Part shown: in pieces, positions 40,291-54,470 of the stretch
How positions within the stretch are numbered: position 1 is the first letter of the stretch
Layout: each line of letters begins with the position of its first letter
Source: Lama guanicoe
Taxonomy: Eukaryota
Reading direction: 5' to 3'
NCBI GenBank assembly: GCA_013239625.1
Contig: MU055928.1
Coordinates: 4,342,499 to 4,406,498 of the forward strand
Length of the DNA stretch: 64,000 bases
Notes under the pieces: model-generated
Told to the model about the DNA's origin: nothing
Seen by the model: the letters and a program-made list of their open reading frames with translations, nothing else
Databases searched by the model: none
Position numbers and translations under genes: made by a program

Positions 40291-40599
40291 TTTTCACAGC
40301 ATCCTTCATCTCTTTCACAATTCAAACGCACATCGGCAGAGCTATATTTCCACACAGTCAACTGCAACTAATTGCTAGAAAATCCTCGCACAAGGTTCAA
40401 GTCTCCCCTGATTTGCCAAGGAACAACTCTACGATGGAACGTGAGTGTCTTCCGCTATGCTACCCCAAACAGAATACTGGAAACTTCAAACGTTTGTTAG
40501 TCTTCACCAACTGGCAGTAAGAATGAAATAGAGCATCTAGGGTTTGCTTTGGCCAGTCACAGACAAAACTGTGGAATTCTTTATTGTTTGTTAAGCCTA

Positions 40600-41597
40600 G
40601 AATTTACCCAGTTCACTGGGCTTAAAAGAGCGTTCATCAAAGGAAAGTTAGAATTCAATCTAATTTTTTAAACACTCCCTTCTAAAATCCCTTGACACAA
40701 ATTCATTGAGTTCTCTCCGGTGATGCATCGTCTGTATCTCTCCATTGGCTTTCCAGCTGCTGTCCTCTGGCTCTGTCCTCTAAAATACATCCTTCTGAAA
40801 TCAGTACATTTCCATTACACCAAATGAGTCATCTTTCCAGGAATTTCCAAGGAATTGTTCAGCCGAGCACCTCCTGTCTTTTAGCAAACCGGTTTCTTTT
40901 TCCAGCACTCCTTTCTCCATCCACATTTCCACCATAATGGTCTCATCAGCAGGTAACCTCCCAGAGACCATCCTGATTCTAGTTTCTCCCTTGCTCTCCC
41001 TGCACCCTAATCCAACCTCCTTATGATTCTCAGAGTCATTTCCCTCAAATCCCGTTTTTATGTCCACACTCTGGGGATGCAGCCTCCCAGGGCATCCTCC
41101 TCCCACTTCTGCCCTTGGTCAGCAGGAGATGGAAGATCAGAGTCATTGCTGCCCAACAGCCCTCGACCAGTCGGAGAAAGAGAATTTTCATATGTTGCCT
41201 AACCCAACTTCTCTCAGGTCCTGTAAAGTGCCAGACCCTCTCCTAACTCCACAGTGTCCACACAAGCTGCTTCCTCTACCTAGAAAGCTCTTCCCCCTGC
41301 TTCCTCCACCTGCCTAATCCCAACCTAGCTTCCAGCTCAGTCTTGCCATCACTTCCTCGGGAAGATGCCCTGACCTCTCTGCACAGAGTTGGCCTTTACT
41401 CTCCCTGTGGGTGCCTGATTGCTTGTTTAATTGCTGGTCTCCCTCACTGCAATGCAAGCAAGCTCTTTTGGGCAGGCACTCCATCTCTTGTGACCCGACT
41501 GTAATTCCAGCCTATAGCATATTGTCTGAACACAGCAGGTGCTTAATGAATAGTTCTGAATGAATAAATGAATGAATGAATGAATGAGTGAGTGAAA
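40600..41597 (+). mobile_element. L2 LINE fragment with (GAAT)n tail
   Basis: Pyrimidine-rich L2 body ending cacagcaggtgcttaatgaatagttctgaatgaataaatgaatgaatgaatgaatgagtgagtga; start approximate. Confidence 0.7.
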
Positions 41598-41919
41598 CAA
41601 ATAAGTTTTCTATTTCTAGCTTCACATTCTTGTCAATACACTGTTCTGCCTTTGAAAACAAAAGTACTCAAATGAAAGGTGTTATTGGTGGTCACATAGG
41701 GAGTAGCTTGGCCAGCATGACTGCAGAGTAGCCAAGCCAACGTGGAGAGGGTTTCTCACATTCAGGAGGCTCCCTGCACGGTGCTCTGATCTACCGCAGA
41801 AACTACTACAGTGATCACATATACTGCAGGTCAACGCCATGCCTTGCCACTCACACAGGGCTCCTCCCACCCCCAAGTAGAGTAAAAGTAAAATCTAAGT
41901 AGAGTAAAGCTAAATCTAT

Positions 41920-42130
41920 TGAACTTTACTACAAGCCGGCTCTACTACATATACTTTAATAGATTAACTCATTTTATGGTTCACAACTATCTCATGACTG
42001 AAATATGTGTCATCTCCATATTATGGATTAGGAAATTGAAGGAAAGAATAGGGAACCTGCCCTAGTAACTGGTGGAACTAGAATTTGAACCCAGACAGCA
42101 GAGTTCAGGCCCTTAACTTCTATTCTGTGT
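41920..42130 (-). mobile_element. MIR SINE
   Basis: tattgaacttttactacaagccggc..ggattaggaaattga..gaatttgaacccagacag. Confidence 0.65.
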
Positions 42131-42199
42131 TGATCCTCTCAAGGAAGGTGGTCCTCAAAGAGCCCTCTGAATCGACAGATACTTCCTGGAGTGATCCTA

Positions 42200-43100
42200 C
42201 CCCCTTGCCTAGTTTCATACTTGTATTCCCAGACAACCCCAAATCTATTGCTTCTAGTCCACTGCTTTCTCTTATGTCAAGGTGCACACATCCACCTGCC
42301 TGCTGGACACATACCAAAAAAACTCACCATCTTTGACCTGGCCTCTCAATCTGCTCCCTTCTGTGCATTCTTTACTTGCAGGAGACACCCACCCTGTACC
42401 CACTCACTTAACCTGGAGATGATGGCATCATCCCTTTTCCCACCCACTCCCCTGCCTCCCACATCCAACAGTCAGCAAGTTCATCAGTTCAACTACTTTC
42501 TCCCCAGCACCTCTGCTCTGATCCTGATCATTTCTTATCACAACTGAGAGCCTCTTCTTACAGCTGCCAGAACCACAGCTGTTCTCCTCAAGACTCCACT
42601 GACAACATTTCCTACAACTTCTCATTGCTTCAGGATAAAATTCCAACTCCTCAGCATGGCACACAATGCCTCCTTGAGAGGCCCTGGACGTTTCTCAAGC
42701 CTTGTTCCACCTTATATCCTAAAATCCCTGACCCTAAACACAGCATGCTTGCTCTCTCGTCTCCCAAATCTTTTAGACATGCGGTCCCTCTACTTGAACA
42801 TACTTCATCACCCTCCTTCCTTCACCCCAGTAACCAACCTTCTCACTCTCAATCCACTTCTCCATGCAGGTATCTCTGTGCCCAAAGAACCTTTCCCAAG
42901 TGTTCCAGTAGCCCCGTATGCTCACCTCTCTCCCTGTACCTATCACACTGAATGGTAATCATCTTTTTATTTGTTTTTTTTCATTATTAGACTGGACTTC
43001 TCTGGGTACAAAGAGCACATCCTGTGCCTCTCTGCATTAAATAAGCATCTAACATGGGACCCACACCAAGTAGGTGCTCAGTAAGTCTCTGTCAAGTGAA
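42200..43100 (+). mobile_element. L2 LINE fragment
   Basis: ctcattgcttcaggataaaattccaactcctcagcatggcacacaa..tagactggacttctctgggtacaaagagc..gtaggtgctcagtaagt. Confidence 0.7.
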
Positions 43101-44446
43101 ATAGCCAATGGAAACACAGCTTTTGAAAGCGGTGCTGCCCCTCCCCCTGAATTAAGTAGGCTGATGGATACAAAGCTAACTGCATTTCAAGTGAAAGACG
43201 CAGATGGCTTTAAATCACATCAGCTCCAGCCAGGGAATATATGCTCTTCCTTTCAAAACACTCTTAAATTATCACCCTCATCATTGATCCTTTTTTCTTT
43301 ACCCCACCCCCCCAAAAAAAGGTTACTTTCAAAGGTTTAATCTAAACACAGAGAACAATGAGAGCTCTGCGGCATGAAGATAATGATAGTACATCAGTGC
43401 CTCACTGATACAGCATAATTAGGAAATGAATTGAGTCATATGAAATAATTTTCTGGATTAATATGCATTTTCCTTAAAGCATCAAATAAATATTTCAGGG
43501 TTTTTTTTTATCCTTTCTGGAAGAAAAATCCATATTTTGATTTTATAATCAAAGGGCATTTAAAAATATGCTCAAAGGACAGAAAGGGAAGACAATTTTA
43601 AAAAGCAAGGCATGGTCCCATTTTTTAAAACATAAACATACATATTTACATTTAGATTTAGATTTGTATTGATATTGTGTAACTTCTCCAAAATGTTAAC
43701 CAGGAATATCTCTGGTTGTGAGATTAGGCGAGGCATTTATTTTGTTATCTTATCTCTATATTCTAATCTTTCCACAATAAAATGTATAAATTACATAATA
43801 AAATTATAAGATTTGTGAAAAGGAAAAAAATTAGGACTATATTGAAATTAACATTTTATTGACAAGACAAATCTACCATCATCGAGTTCCATATTTACTC
43901 ATTGATAAACTTAATAAAGTGAACAAGATACCTTATCTAACTCACCCAGAACAGAATGTTTTCAGAGATCTTGGGAATATAATCTAGATTTTTTCAGCTC
44001 CTCTCACTATTAGTCTACAGTCATTTTTTTTTTTTTTTTACTGTTGTAGTGCCCTGCACGTGTGGGATGCCAGTACACATACGTGCACCAACTGAGAAGT
44101 CAAAATTCTCTGGAATCCTCCAGGAAAACTATAAACGACCTTGAAAATAACGGTATTAATCCCATTTTAATTAAAGCATTGTTTTTTAACCACCAGAGAG
44201 TCAAACATCACTAACATTACACACTGCATCTCAGATACTTTATTATTCTCCATCCTTTTTTTTTTTTTTTTTTGGCTATCAACTTCTGCTTCTAGAAGTC
44301 TCCTTTTCCTTTTTTCAAATACATTATTTGCAAATCTGCCAAAGTCATTTAAAAAATAGTGATCCTTTCTTGGGAACTCGAAGTGTAAAATCTAGCATTT
44401 TCTGAACAGAGACGTTGTAACATCTGTTTGCACTTTTTACTTACTA

Positions 44447-44665
44447 TAATAGTTAAGCGTATGTTTAAGCTTTGGAATGCAGTTTAGCTTCTAGCTCCAG
44501 AGTGACCAGTGTGACCTGGACGAGCCACTCAACTTTTCTGAGCCTCGGTGTTCTCATCTGTAGCTAGGGAGGGCAACACAACTGCATATGTTTGTTGTGA
44601 AGATTAAATGAGATAATGAGGGTTTAAAACAATAACAAGTACCCAATAAGGATTAGCTGTTGTTA
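44447..44665 (+). mobile_element. MIR SINE
   Basis: gtgtgacctggacgagccactcaacttttctgagcctcggtgttctcatctgta..gttgtgaagattaaatgagataat. Confidence 0.85.
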
Positions 44666-45319
44666 TTTACATTACCGCTAGTATTTACTTTCTGATTCTC
44701 AATTGTTTCCTAGGTAGACAGGCTGCCAGAAAATTGAGTTCTAGGTAAGCAAGATATTTCTACATGTAATCAGCTGGTTACAGTAGTAAGAGTCACCTAA
44801 AAGCTAAGTCAGGTTAATCTCATCTTTTGCAGAGGAAAAAAAGGTGATAAATTTGTTAAATTATTTAGCAATTCACAGCACATGTAACATCTAGTAAATT
44901 AAATGCAAGACTGCAACGCTGAGTCACTATTGGTCCGAAGAAGCAATGTTTAGGCCTGCTTGTTCCTGAATGTGCTTATGTCAGTTCACTGGAAGCCAGA
45001 CCACAAGACTGAAGCCCGTGTGGTAAAGCTATCTTCTCCCCTGCTCTGGGAGGCTCCCAGAGCCTTTAAATAGAGGACACTGCCTGTACCTTTTTTTTTT
45101 TTTTAACCATCACTGGAATAACTAATAGCAACCCAGATAGAGAGTACACAATGACATGTTCCTAATGAAATACAAATGAACCATAACAGTTCTTATCAGA
45201 AAGAGTTTGGGGGCACTGGTGGCCTCTACAGTAGACTTACAAAGTTGTCTTCAATGGCTCTGGTCAGTAATATATGTCAGGTCACTAAACTATTTCAGAA
45301 GCAAATAGAATTTTTCAAG

Positions 45320-45705
45320 TATTTTTCCTAAGAAAAAAGTAATAGATGTTCATTGCAGAAAAGTTGGCAAAAACTGAGAACTGTAGATGAGAGGATAAAA
45401 ATTATCCATAATTCACCCCCAAGAGATAAACACTATTAAACCATTCTGATGCATTTCCCTCCTTTTGTGCTTATTGTCTTCACATTTGTACATTTATATA
45501 TAAAATCATGCTGTTACAGACATTTGTATCCTGCTTCTTTTTTGACATATTATAATATAAGCATTTTATAGAGCATTAAAATTCTTTGTAAACATCGTTT
45601 TTAATAGCTGCATAAATGTTCCATCGTAAGGAAATACCATAATTTACCTTACTATTTCCTCACTGTTGGACATTTAGGCTGTTTCCCATTTTTCTGCTAA
45701 CACAC
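45320..45705 (-). mobile_element. Old L1 (L1ME-type) fragment
   Basis: ttttaatagctgcataaatgttccatcgtaagga..taccataatttacct..gttggacatttaggctgtttccca. Confidence 0.6.
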
Positions 45706-47510
45706 AGAAATTTTAAAGATGGTTTTCAAGAGAAAACAAGTTTTATTTTGTAGGCAAATAAAGTACACAGTGAAACAGACAGTGATGATATGTTCGTGTA
45801 ATAGATTCACTGCTAGCCTCAGGTTCGATCAGAAGAGGCATTTATCTTTCCTTCAAGCAATAATTCATTTTAATTCAGACCTTCCATTCCAAGCTGCTTC
45901 CTCACAAACATGTTTGCCATCTCACACAACTGCAAAGACTCAGCCATAAAGCCCACTTCTTTGACAGGTGGCATTTAATTTGTCTGTAGGTCAAAAGCCC
46001 TACTATCTCTGGCTGCCACACTGAACAGAGGCAGGAAACCTCACTTACAATCCTGCCCATGTGTAACCCTCCTCCTTTGTGAGGCTATTTACCTCTTCTT
46101 CACGTTCAATTTTTGGCCAGTCTGTCAGATGTAAAAGTGCCTTCCTTGGGCTTCTAAGGTCCCTTAGAATTAACTTTACTTCCAGGAACTTAGGCTCTCT
46201 TGAAGTATCTATCTCCATGGGGACCAGAACTCCCTACCAAGGGACTCCACCTCACCTTAAGAGGACCCCTGTTTTCTTCCCAACAGGCCTCTCTCCTGCT
46301 ATGCTTGAAAGTCACGCCAGAAACACAACTGCCCCACCTATGCTACCAGATGAAGAGCTGAGACCCCGAGATAATTAAAGTAGTCACAGCAAGAAGCAAA
46401 GCCTTGGGGGAGCCATTAATAATGCAACACGTGGCCATGCAGATTCCACGTACAAAAGAGAATATCATAAGCATATTTAACAGGAAATGCCAGGACTACA
46501 GCAAAGTGAGTTAGGCTTTTCGGTTGACTCTCCCTGAAAACTAATACCCAGAGTCTATGACAAATGCACTCTAAAAAATATCACAGCTTGTTGGAGTCAA
46601 AATAAGGACTTCACAAAACAAAATACATTTCATGAAGAAAGTGAAATAGGCAAGTCTATGAGACAGAGGAGAGTGAAAGACTTCAAAGTCTACTTCTATT
46701 AATACTGAATCTGGTACGAGGGCGTCCAGCAGACTGAGCCTAACCAGACCACCTTAGCCTTCAAAAGACCAGTTTACCCCCTGGAATTAGACATCATAAA
46801 AAGCAACCAAGAGTGGGACCAAAGAGGTTTTACCCTTACTGCACAGAGAATGAAACTGGAATGAATACAATACCTAAATTGTAGAAATGGGTAATTTTTT
46901 CTGCCTTATCGCTATCCTGAAATAATGATTTCTCAATATTAGAGGCATAGTATAATTGCACAATGTTTGTTGTGCAGATGAAATAAAATGAAACGGTATA
47001 AAAAGCCCTTGCTACGTTGTCTGGCATGGAGATCCTGTTTGGTGGGTATCACTGACTCTGTTTCTTTCATAGAGAAGCAACAGGCTTAAAAGAAGGAGAA
47101 CAGAACTTCTTCTCATGCATTCCCCTTAAGGAATTATCTAATCTCTATTTTCTGATTATTAAAATGGGACTTTTTTTCAATGACAAAACCTGCTAACTTT
47201 TTTTTCCCACTTTGGACAAGGTATGTTATAAAATGTGTTATAAAATGTTGGGATTTCAGGTAAAAAACATCCATTAATATTACGATAAAGCCCTCTTTTA
47301 ATTTTGGAGAACAAAAGAAGCTGAACCTTGGCTGCTTTACACCAACCAACACCCAGAATGTAAACAAACAAAATAGGCGGGCTTGCTTAAACATCTGTGC
47401 TTAGAAGCAACTCCTCCTTTTATAAAAGTATTGTCCAAATAAGCAAACTTCTAAAAATTTAAATTACCCTGTGAAAATCGGTGTGTTCTTCAAATATCAC
47501 ATTTACAAAT

Positions 47511-47832
47511 ACAGGTTAGAAGTATTTAAATTGTTTGGGGCCAAACTGCTTCGGAGTTCAAAATTCTTCAGACTTTAGAAAGGCAATATGGTACATATGT
47601 GCCTAAAAGCATCTGGAGTCACACCCTAACCAAACACATTAATATTTCTTCAAAGAAACTTACGTATTTTCATATTGAATTAACATATCTCTAATTAGAC
47701 TCACATCAGCTCAGTGTAGGTTTTGCCACAAAATTAGTTTTTGACAAATAGCAACAACAACAAAAAAGTACCTGCTGGCATTTGGAGCTTTTTTGGATTT
47801 CAAAATTACGTGTAAGAAATTATGAAACTATT
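47511..47832. mobile_element. TcMar-Tigger-like DNA transposon remnant
   Basis: tacaggtt..tttggggccaaactgcttcggagttcaaaattcttcagactttagaaagg..ttttggatttcaaaatt. Confidence 0.45.
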
Positions 47833-49710
47833 TTTGACTTGAACACACACTGTCAGGTAAACCAGTCTACTATGCAAATTTAAGATGGGTCAATAATTAA
47901 AGACACAAAAAGGGCAGCTCGTGTGCTGATAACACATAGACAAAATGCTACTGGAAATAGAAATAACATTTATGAAAATTACAAGACAAAAGAGAGTTGG
48001 TGAATCTGAGTATACACACCTCCTAAAACAGAAGGATTTCAAGAAGGTCTAGTGCAGATTTGGCCTTTAAACGCACTATTTTGGCATAAGATTCCTTAAC
48101 ATCTACTCTGATCATTATTGACTACCACTGACCAAAATCTTCTGGCAATGAGTCCGAAACAATTTTTCAAAAGCAAAATAGAAAACTGAACATACAGTGT
48201 GGGCAAAGTCCATAGGAGACACTTCCAGAAACTGACAACCACATGGTTCACCTCATTCTTCAGGTTTATAAACACACACAAGTCACGTGGTAGAAAGGAT
48301 AAGTAAACACATGCTTCCAGTTATCACTGTTGTTGCATAATGTGTATCCTGATATCACTACCAAATCCCAGGATGAAGAACAGATCCTTAGCACCCCAAG
48401 TAGCAATTTACAGTGAGATGGTCTTGGATCTTCATGGTTTTTAATGCACCTTGATGGTGTAGGGCTTTGGGATCATTTTGGTGTCCGTCTTTATATGTCT
48501 CCATCTCAGTTTCCCTTAGAAAATCAAATATTTTATCTCTAAAAGCAAATGAGAGTATTTTATTATTATCAACCAGAAACATTCTTCAGGGAAAAATGAT
48601 CTTTAACTATATCTTATCAGGGAGGACTTAACACAGACTAAAGTCAAACAGAAAAAATGTCTTGGGCAGACATTTCCCTACATTTAAATTGCCAATGTTA
48701 AATAATTATATATAACAAGTCACATTAGGGATGTATTTTAAAGCTGGTTAATCCTTGAAGCACATGTATCTCTTGAAACATTTGTCTTAACAGACAAATG
48801 AGAAACTAGAGACCAGAGAGGTGACAGTCTTATCCATCTAATGTGTAGCACAGCCAGGACAAGAAGTCCCAGTGCTTATAAATAACATGTTTGGGGTACA
48901 TTCTTTTATCTGTGGGGGCAATAGGGGGCTGCAGAAACATGGGTTGAAGGTAGATTATCAGTGACTAGTTTAAATTCGACGAACAATTATTGGGCGTATG
49001 CTTTGCCCTCAATGAAATGAAAATCTAGCTGTAGAATTAATGTGGACACTTAACTAAAAATGGACAGAAAATGTTCAACAGGACTTCAGGAGACCCTAGG
49101 ATTCAGATGAGGGAGAAACGGGGAGAGTTTTCTGGTGGGGTGGAAATGTGGCAACGCAAGAACCTACAGGGAGCACACAGCCACTGCAAAGAACCTTTCA
49201 GTTGTCCAGTGAGCCACAAATATATTTACAGCCTGTACAACCATCACTGGGGTCATTAGAATATGAACTCCCCGATCTCTTAAATTTTAACGAACCTGAG
49301 CCCTTTTAAAGGTGGCACTGAGAGCAACTTCAGCAGTGCAACAATTAAAATGTTAACGGGGTTTCTACTGTAAATAGATTTATGGAAGGAGAATGCTGAC
49401 TGAGTTGTTTCCTGGTCCCAACTTGTTACTGTCAGTTGAATTCAAGCAAGATGTGCTTTACAAGAGATGCGAGGCATACCTTCTAATGGCTGCTGCCTAT
49501 TGTGTTTCTTATTTCAAAATTCATTTCAGTATTGCATATCACATGCCTAAAGCGCAATACAAATTCTATTCTGTTATCACATAATTGGCCAGTGTATATT
49601 GCTGTGTCTTGAGTTTCCACTTGTTTTATTTTACGTGGGGTATTTCAGTCCACTGAAAGGAAACCCGTGTTCATTCTTGCTCATCCCGATACAGAGAGAG
49701 TTCAAAAGTT

Positions 49711-49829
49711 CAAAAGATAAGAAGTGGTTCTCAGCATGAGTAAACCGTGAAAGGCATTAGAAAATAAATTTTTGATGTCAAGATACATTCCCAGTTTATT
49801 CATGCTGAGAACAGTTTCCTTATCTTTGG
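49711..49829. repeat. Imperfect inverted repeat (~42-bp arms, ~35-bp loop)
   Basis: Perfect core gttctcagcatga (49727-49739) / tcatgctgagaac (49800-49812), extended by aaagataag/cttatcttt and taaac/gttta. Confidence 0.85.
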
Positions 49830-51229
49830 GACTCTGTAAGCTGGAATAGTCAAAATTTGTTTAAACTCCACGATAAATAAAGAAGCAACTGAATTGGACT
49901 ATTATTCTATTATCACATAATTCTCTCTGTTTTATAGTGTAACAAGAATCTAAAAGTACTGCAAGTGAAGATTAGTACTTTGAGATCCAGGAAAAAAAAT
50001 TCAAAATCAGGTTGCCTTTCTCCTGATCCTTATCCAGTAGACTAGACTCTGAAAGTAGTTTTCTTAGTAATTCAGAGAAACCAAACCTCAAGTCTCCTGG
50101 GATTACCTCCTCCCTCAAGAGTAAAAGCCACTAAAGCTCAGAATTACTGTCAATTCTTAATTAACCATATCAGTGAGGAAGAACACTTAACACCACTGAA
50201 AACTGTCCACTGAAGAGTGACAGAAAACATTTCCCAGATCACGAGTTGACAAGCCACATAATTTATATATCAGGAGCTGACTTTTCAAACAGTTGGCTGG
50301 AAAAGCCTTTACTTATTCCAAACATGTCCTCATCATTATCACATGGTTATCAAACAGATTTGTTTAAAGAAACTAGAGATCTTCACATACCTATGACAAA
50401 TGCAAATGTCACTTCAGGTTGCTGAGACAGACATACATTCAATTCATCCTATCTGAGGGACCTGGGACTATCTGTGAAATAGACGACTTTTGTGCTGGGT
50501 CATTGAGATTAGCCTGGAAGAGATGAAGGAGGCAGGAAGTTCACTGAGAGTAAAGGAAAGTATAGCGTGCATCTGGGGGTCCCTGGGGTACCCTGGTGAG
50601 GACAGAGCAGCAAGTGCATGGGGGCACTGATGGCAACACCATCCACCCACAGTGTGTATCACCCCCAGAAGATACTCTGCCCTTCCAACAACCTCTAAGG
50701 CCTTACCGTGCTCTGTTCTCTCCCTGGAATGAACGCTCTTCTGTTCCGAATCCTACCTCACCTTCATATGCCACCACTTCCATGAAGCTTTCCAAGATTT
50801 CCTCTCATGAATTTGGTTTCTCCTTCCTTACAGTAATATTTTGGTCTAAGTCCTTTCTGGCACTTAACTATCCTACAACAAAGAACACAGTTTTAGAAGT
50901 TCCTTAGGGGTGGAGACTTTATCTGATTCATCTTTACAATCTCTGCAGAATCAAGGAAACTGCCTTGGGTGTTGTGAGTTGATCTTAAATTGTGCCCCAT
51001 TTGTAATTAGCTCTGCTGGAGTAGGACAGCAGGAAGTCCTTTCTCCTGTCATTTCCCGCAAGGGGAATAATGAGACTGAGAATGATGGTGGATACAGAGT
51101 AAATGGTTCGTCAGGCAAGAACGCAGACTCTCCAGGAGTTTCCACTTCTTGTCACCATGACCAAAGTGATGGCTGCCAGAGTTAAGTGCTTGACTGAAAC
51201 ACAGTTCTTCCCATCAGGTTTGTCTGGGT

Positions 51230-52405
51230 AACTCCAAGTCAATTACTTTTCAGTAGCGACACCCTCCATTTTCCTCTTTTATTTTACATCCCTGAGACCT
51301 TCCCTGGCATATACACCCTCTCCTTCCTTCTCAGTTTCTTAATCTCCTCCTTGGCTCCTTTTCCATCTGTCCTCCTCTCCTATATTAAAATTCCCTGAAT
51401 TTTCTTCCTCAGTAATCTTTTCTTCTCACTTTTTATACGTGCTTGTCGCCTGTCACTTCATTGCCCGCATACAGACCTAGCGGAGACCACTCTCCCGGCC
51501 TCAGACCCCTCTGTGGAGCACCCACAGAACACCGCCACCTGAGGTCCCACAGACACCTAAGTGCCCGCATGGTCACCGCTGAACCTGCCTTCTTCTCCCT
51601 TCAAGCTCCTCCCTCTCCTAAGTTTCTGATTTTCTCCACTACCCAGAGGTCGCCTCAAGCCTTTCTATCTCACACCCTCACTTCCACACATTCATCAACT
51701 CTTCCTGGTTGTAACCTTCAGAATCTGTTCCTCCCTTTCATCACCACCACCATTTCGTTTGTTTGTAAGACTCGCGTCACTGCTCCTCTGCTACTGAAGG
51801 AACCTCCTGATTGGGCGCCTCACCTCTGGCCTCTTCCCTCTCCAGCCCATTCTTCAGTCAATAAACACAGATCTGATTAGGTCCCTCTCCTGCTTTTAGT
51901 CAGTCACTTCCTGACTCCTCCTTGGTCCCCTGTAAAGTCCACCGTTCTCAACTTGATATGTAAGACCCTTCCTGAACTATCCCCTCATGGCTGCCCTAAA
52001 CTCATCTTCCACTGCGACTCCTTTCATATTCTTCCCTCCAGACATATCATTAAGAAAATGATTTATGGGTTTTCTTTTTTTTTAAAGGAGAGATCTCACC
52101 TCCTCCTACTTGTACATGCTCTTCCAGAACACACCATCACCATCACCACCTTTACCATCCACCCAATCTCTACTCAGTGAATCAGCTAAGAAAAATTAAC
52201 TTAAAAACCTACACTGAGCCCTTGGTTTCTTTCTTCCCTCCAGCCAGGTGGCACCTCTGCCAACTTTTGCTTGACTAGGCTCTGGTCTGTTCTTTGATCT
52301 CCCCCTAAGTCTATGAGTTGCTCAAGGACAGGGGATCACCCTTTCCTGTCTGTATCCCCAAAGCCCAGCAAAGTACTTGACGTTGAATAAATATTTGTCA
52401 AATGG
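51230..52405 (+). mobile_element. L2 LINE fragment
   Basis: C/T-rich L2 body ending gagttgctcaaggacaggg..tgtatcccca..gttgaataaatatttgtcaaatg. Confidence 0.65.
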
Positions 52406-52720
52406 AAGTAACTAGAAAAGAAATCAGCTACATATGAAGCAACTAGGTTAGTGATCTGACTTCAGCTTCAGTGGAGAAAAGCCAGATACTTGGGATTTGA
52501 ACAGAGCCCCATGAGTCAGCTCATTAAACCTCTGTGTTCATCTAGTTCCAGAGTCTTCCCATCTATTGAAAAAGAACTGGAAAACAAAGTGCTGGATTTA
52601 ACAAAAGAGAACAAAACTAGATTTACGCTTTTGCAAAGTTCATGCTGCTGAAATGGGGAAGGAAAATGTTAGGGGTACTGGGGGACAATTCTTCAAGGCC
52701 TCTTTCATTTCTGCATATCT

Positions 52721-53176
52721 TGTGAAGAAGCTTTGATGGCTTTTGTTTTAGAAGGATGTTTGTATAGAAAACAGCCTTGGAAGATTTAGAGAGTATATCC
52801 TGCCAGGGCTGAGGTCAGACTTGTTTCCTGAGCAGAGTAATAAAGACGGTATCTCCCTCTAAGGGCAAAAGCTGGGCAAGTTTGCCAGCAGCCCTTTTGT
52901 AATATTAGAAGTTTTTAAAGCCTGGGTTCCTCAGCTGTGACACAGATGCACTGTGTGCACAGTCTACATTTGGGCCCCTCCTGACTGCCGCATGGAAAAG
53001 GGGGGGGGGAGTCAATGCAAAGCCAAACTCATGCTACCTGCCTTGACGTGACTAAGAAAGTCCTTTGTCTCTGATCCAGGAGTCTCATGTCTTCCAAAAG
53101 CAGCTATGAACTGTGGCAGACTAACTTGTTACCCTGCACATAGAGTAAAATCTTATACACTTCATAGTTCTTGACA
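52721..53176 (+). mobile_element. Solo LTR, probably ERVL class (family uncertain)
   Basis: TG..CA termini; gggttcctcagctgtgacacag and aaagtcctttgtctctgatccaggagtctcatgtct..catagttcttgaca are LTR-like motifs. Confidence 0.65.
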
Positions 53177-53264
53177 AGGAGAAGGGAGCTAAAGGAAAAA
53201 AAACTTTAATCGCTCAATAAACGTTTATGAAACTGAATAATAACAGAAAGATAAAATCTTAAAT

Positions 53265-53535
53265 ACAGTGTAATAGTTATGAGCACAGATTCTACCGTCA
53301 AACAGACTAGGTTCATATTCCTAGCTTTGAAAATTATCAACTACATAAACTTTCCTGAGCTTCATACCCATATATGCAATTTCTCTGGAAAACCTTAGCT
53401 TCCCTGGATCTCAATTTCCTTATTATGAAATGTAGTACTAATATTACCTTCTGATAGGGTTGTGAGGATTAAATAAGTTAAAATATGGAAAGTCCTTAAA
53501 TTGTTCCTGGCATTTAATAAGTGCAATTTAAGAAT
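53265..53535 (+). mobile_element. MIR SINE
   Basis: gtgtaatagttatgagcacagattct..tcaatttccttattatgaaatg..atagggttgtgaggattaaataagttaa. Confidence 0.75.
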
Positions 53536-53544
53536 AATATTCTG

Positions 53545-54470
53545 ATGCCTGAACTTTATTCTGTGGACAATGTTTTTAAGAAAGGAAATGAGGATAGTAG
53601 GTCTTTGCTTTAGAAACAAACTCTGATAGAAATTAAATTGTATATATAATAAAAATGAAGAGGATGGAGAGATTGGGAACCAGAAGACCATCCAAGAAAC
53701 AACTGGAATTGTCCAGGAGACAAAATGAGATGGCTGGGCTTGAGTATGGCTACAGGAAAGAGAACTCATTCAAGAGATATTTCATTGCTAGTGTTTATAG
53801 AATTTGGCACCTGATAGGAATATAAATATTAATTTTAAGTTATCCAGTCATCATACGCAAAGGCCTTTTCATGATCATCTCACCTAAAGCTCAAGGTAAA
53901 CTGGGAGAAAAGTGACAGATATACGATTTCAAAGATGAGGCAAGCAGCACAGAGGGAGAAAATGTTGAGAGAGACGATGATAACTAGAGATGCTCTATGG
54001 ACACCCTAAGTCTCAGACCCAGAGTGATGATGATTCTATAGTTGAAAATGCAAGTCTGTGGCTCTGAAGAGAGCAGGGCTGGATGCACAAATTTGGGTTT
54101 CCTCAAAATAGAACATATGATGGAAGCCCATGAAAAGAAAGAGATAAACCAGGTAAAGCATACAGAATGGGAAGAGAAATAAAGATAGAAGGTGAGAGAA
54201 AGCAGGCGCCAGTGCATGAGAAGAACTGCAGATGATGCTGAGTGTGTGTACAAAGGAAAAGGACCAGCGGAGAAGCCGGGAAGAGGAATAGCCAGTAATA
54301 TATATGCTACAGAAAAATGAGAGTGGGGTGAGCTCTGAAAAAAAGGCACCCTCTGAGAAGGAATTTTAGCAGAGGAGGCCAGACTGCAGTGGGTTCAATG
54401 ATCAGTGATAAGGTCACTGACAAGCATCAAAGAGCTGTTCTTGAGAAACTGAAGGTGAAGGAGAAAAGAA
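53545..54470 (-). mobile_element. L2 LINE fragment(s)
   Basis: G/A-rich reverse L2 (gtccaggagacaaaatgagatggctgggct, gaggccagactgcagtgggttcaa). Confidence 0.55.

Noticed and set aside
43170-43530. AT-rich unique stretch with an AP-1 site (TGAGTCA, 43432-43438) and TAAT motifs as a possible enhancer
   Set aside because: Short motifs are expected by chance in 64 kb and no conservation data are available here.
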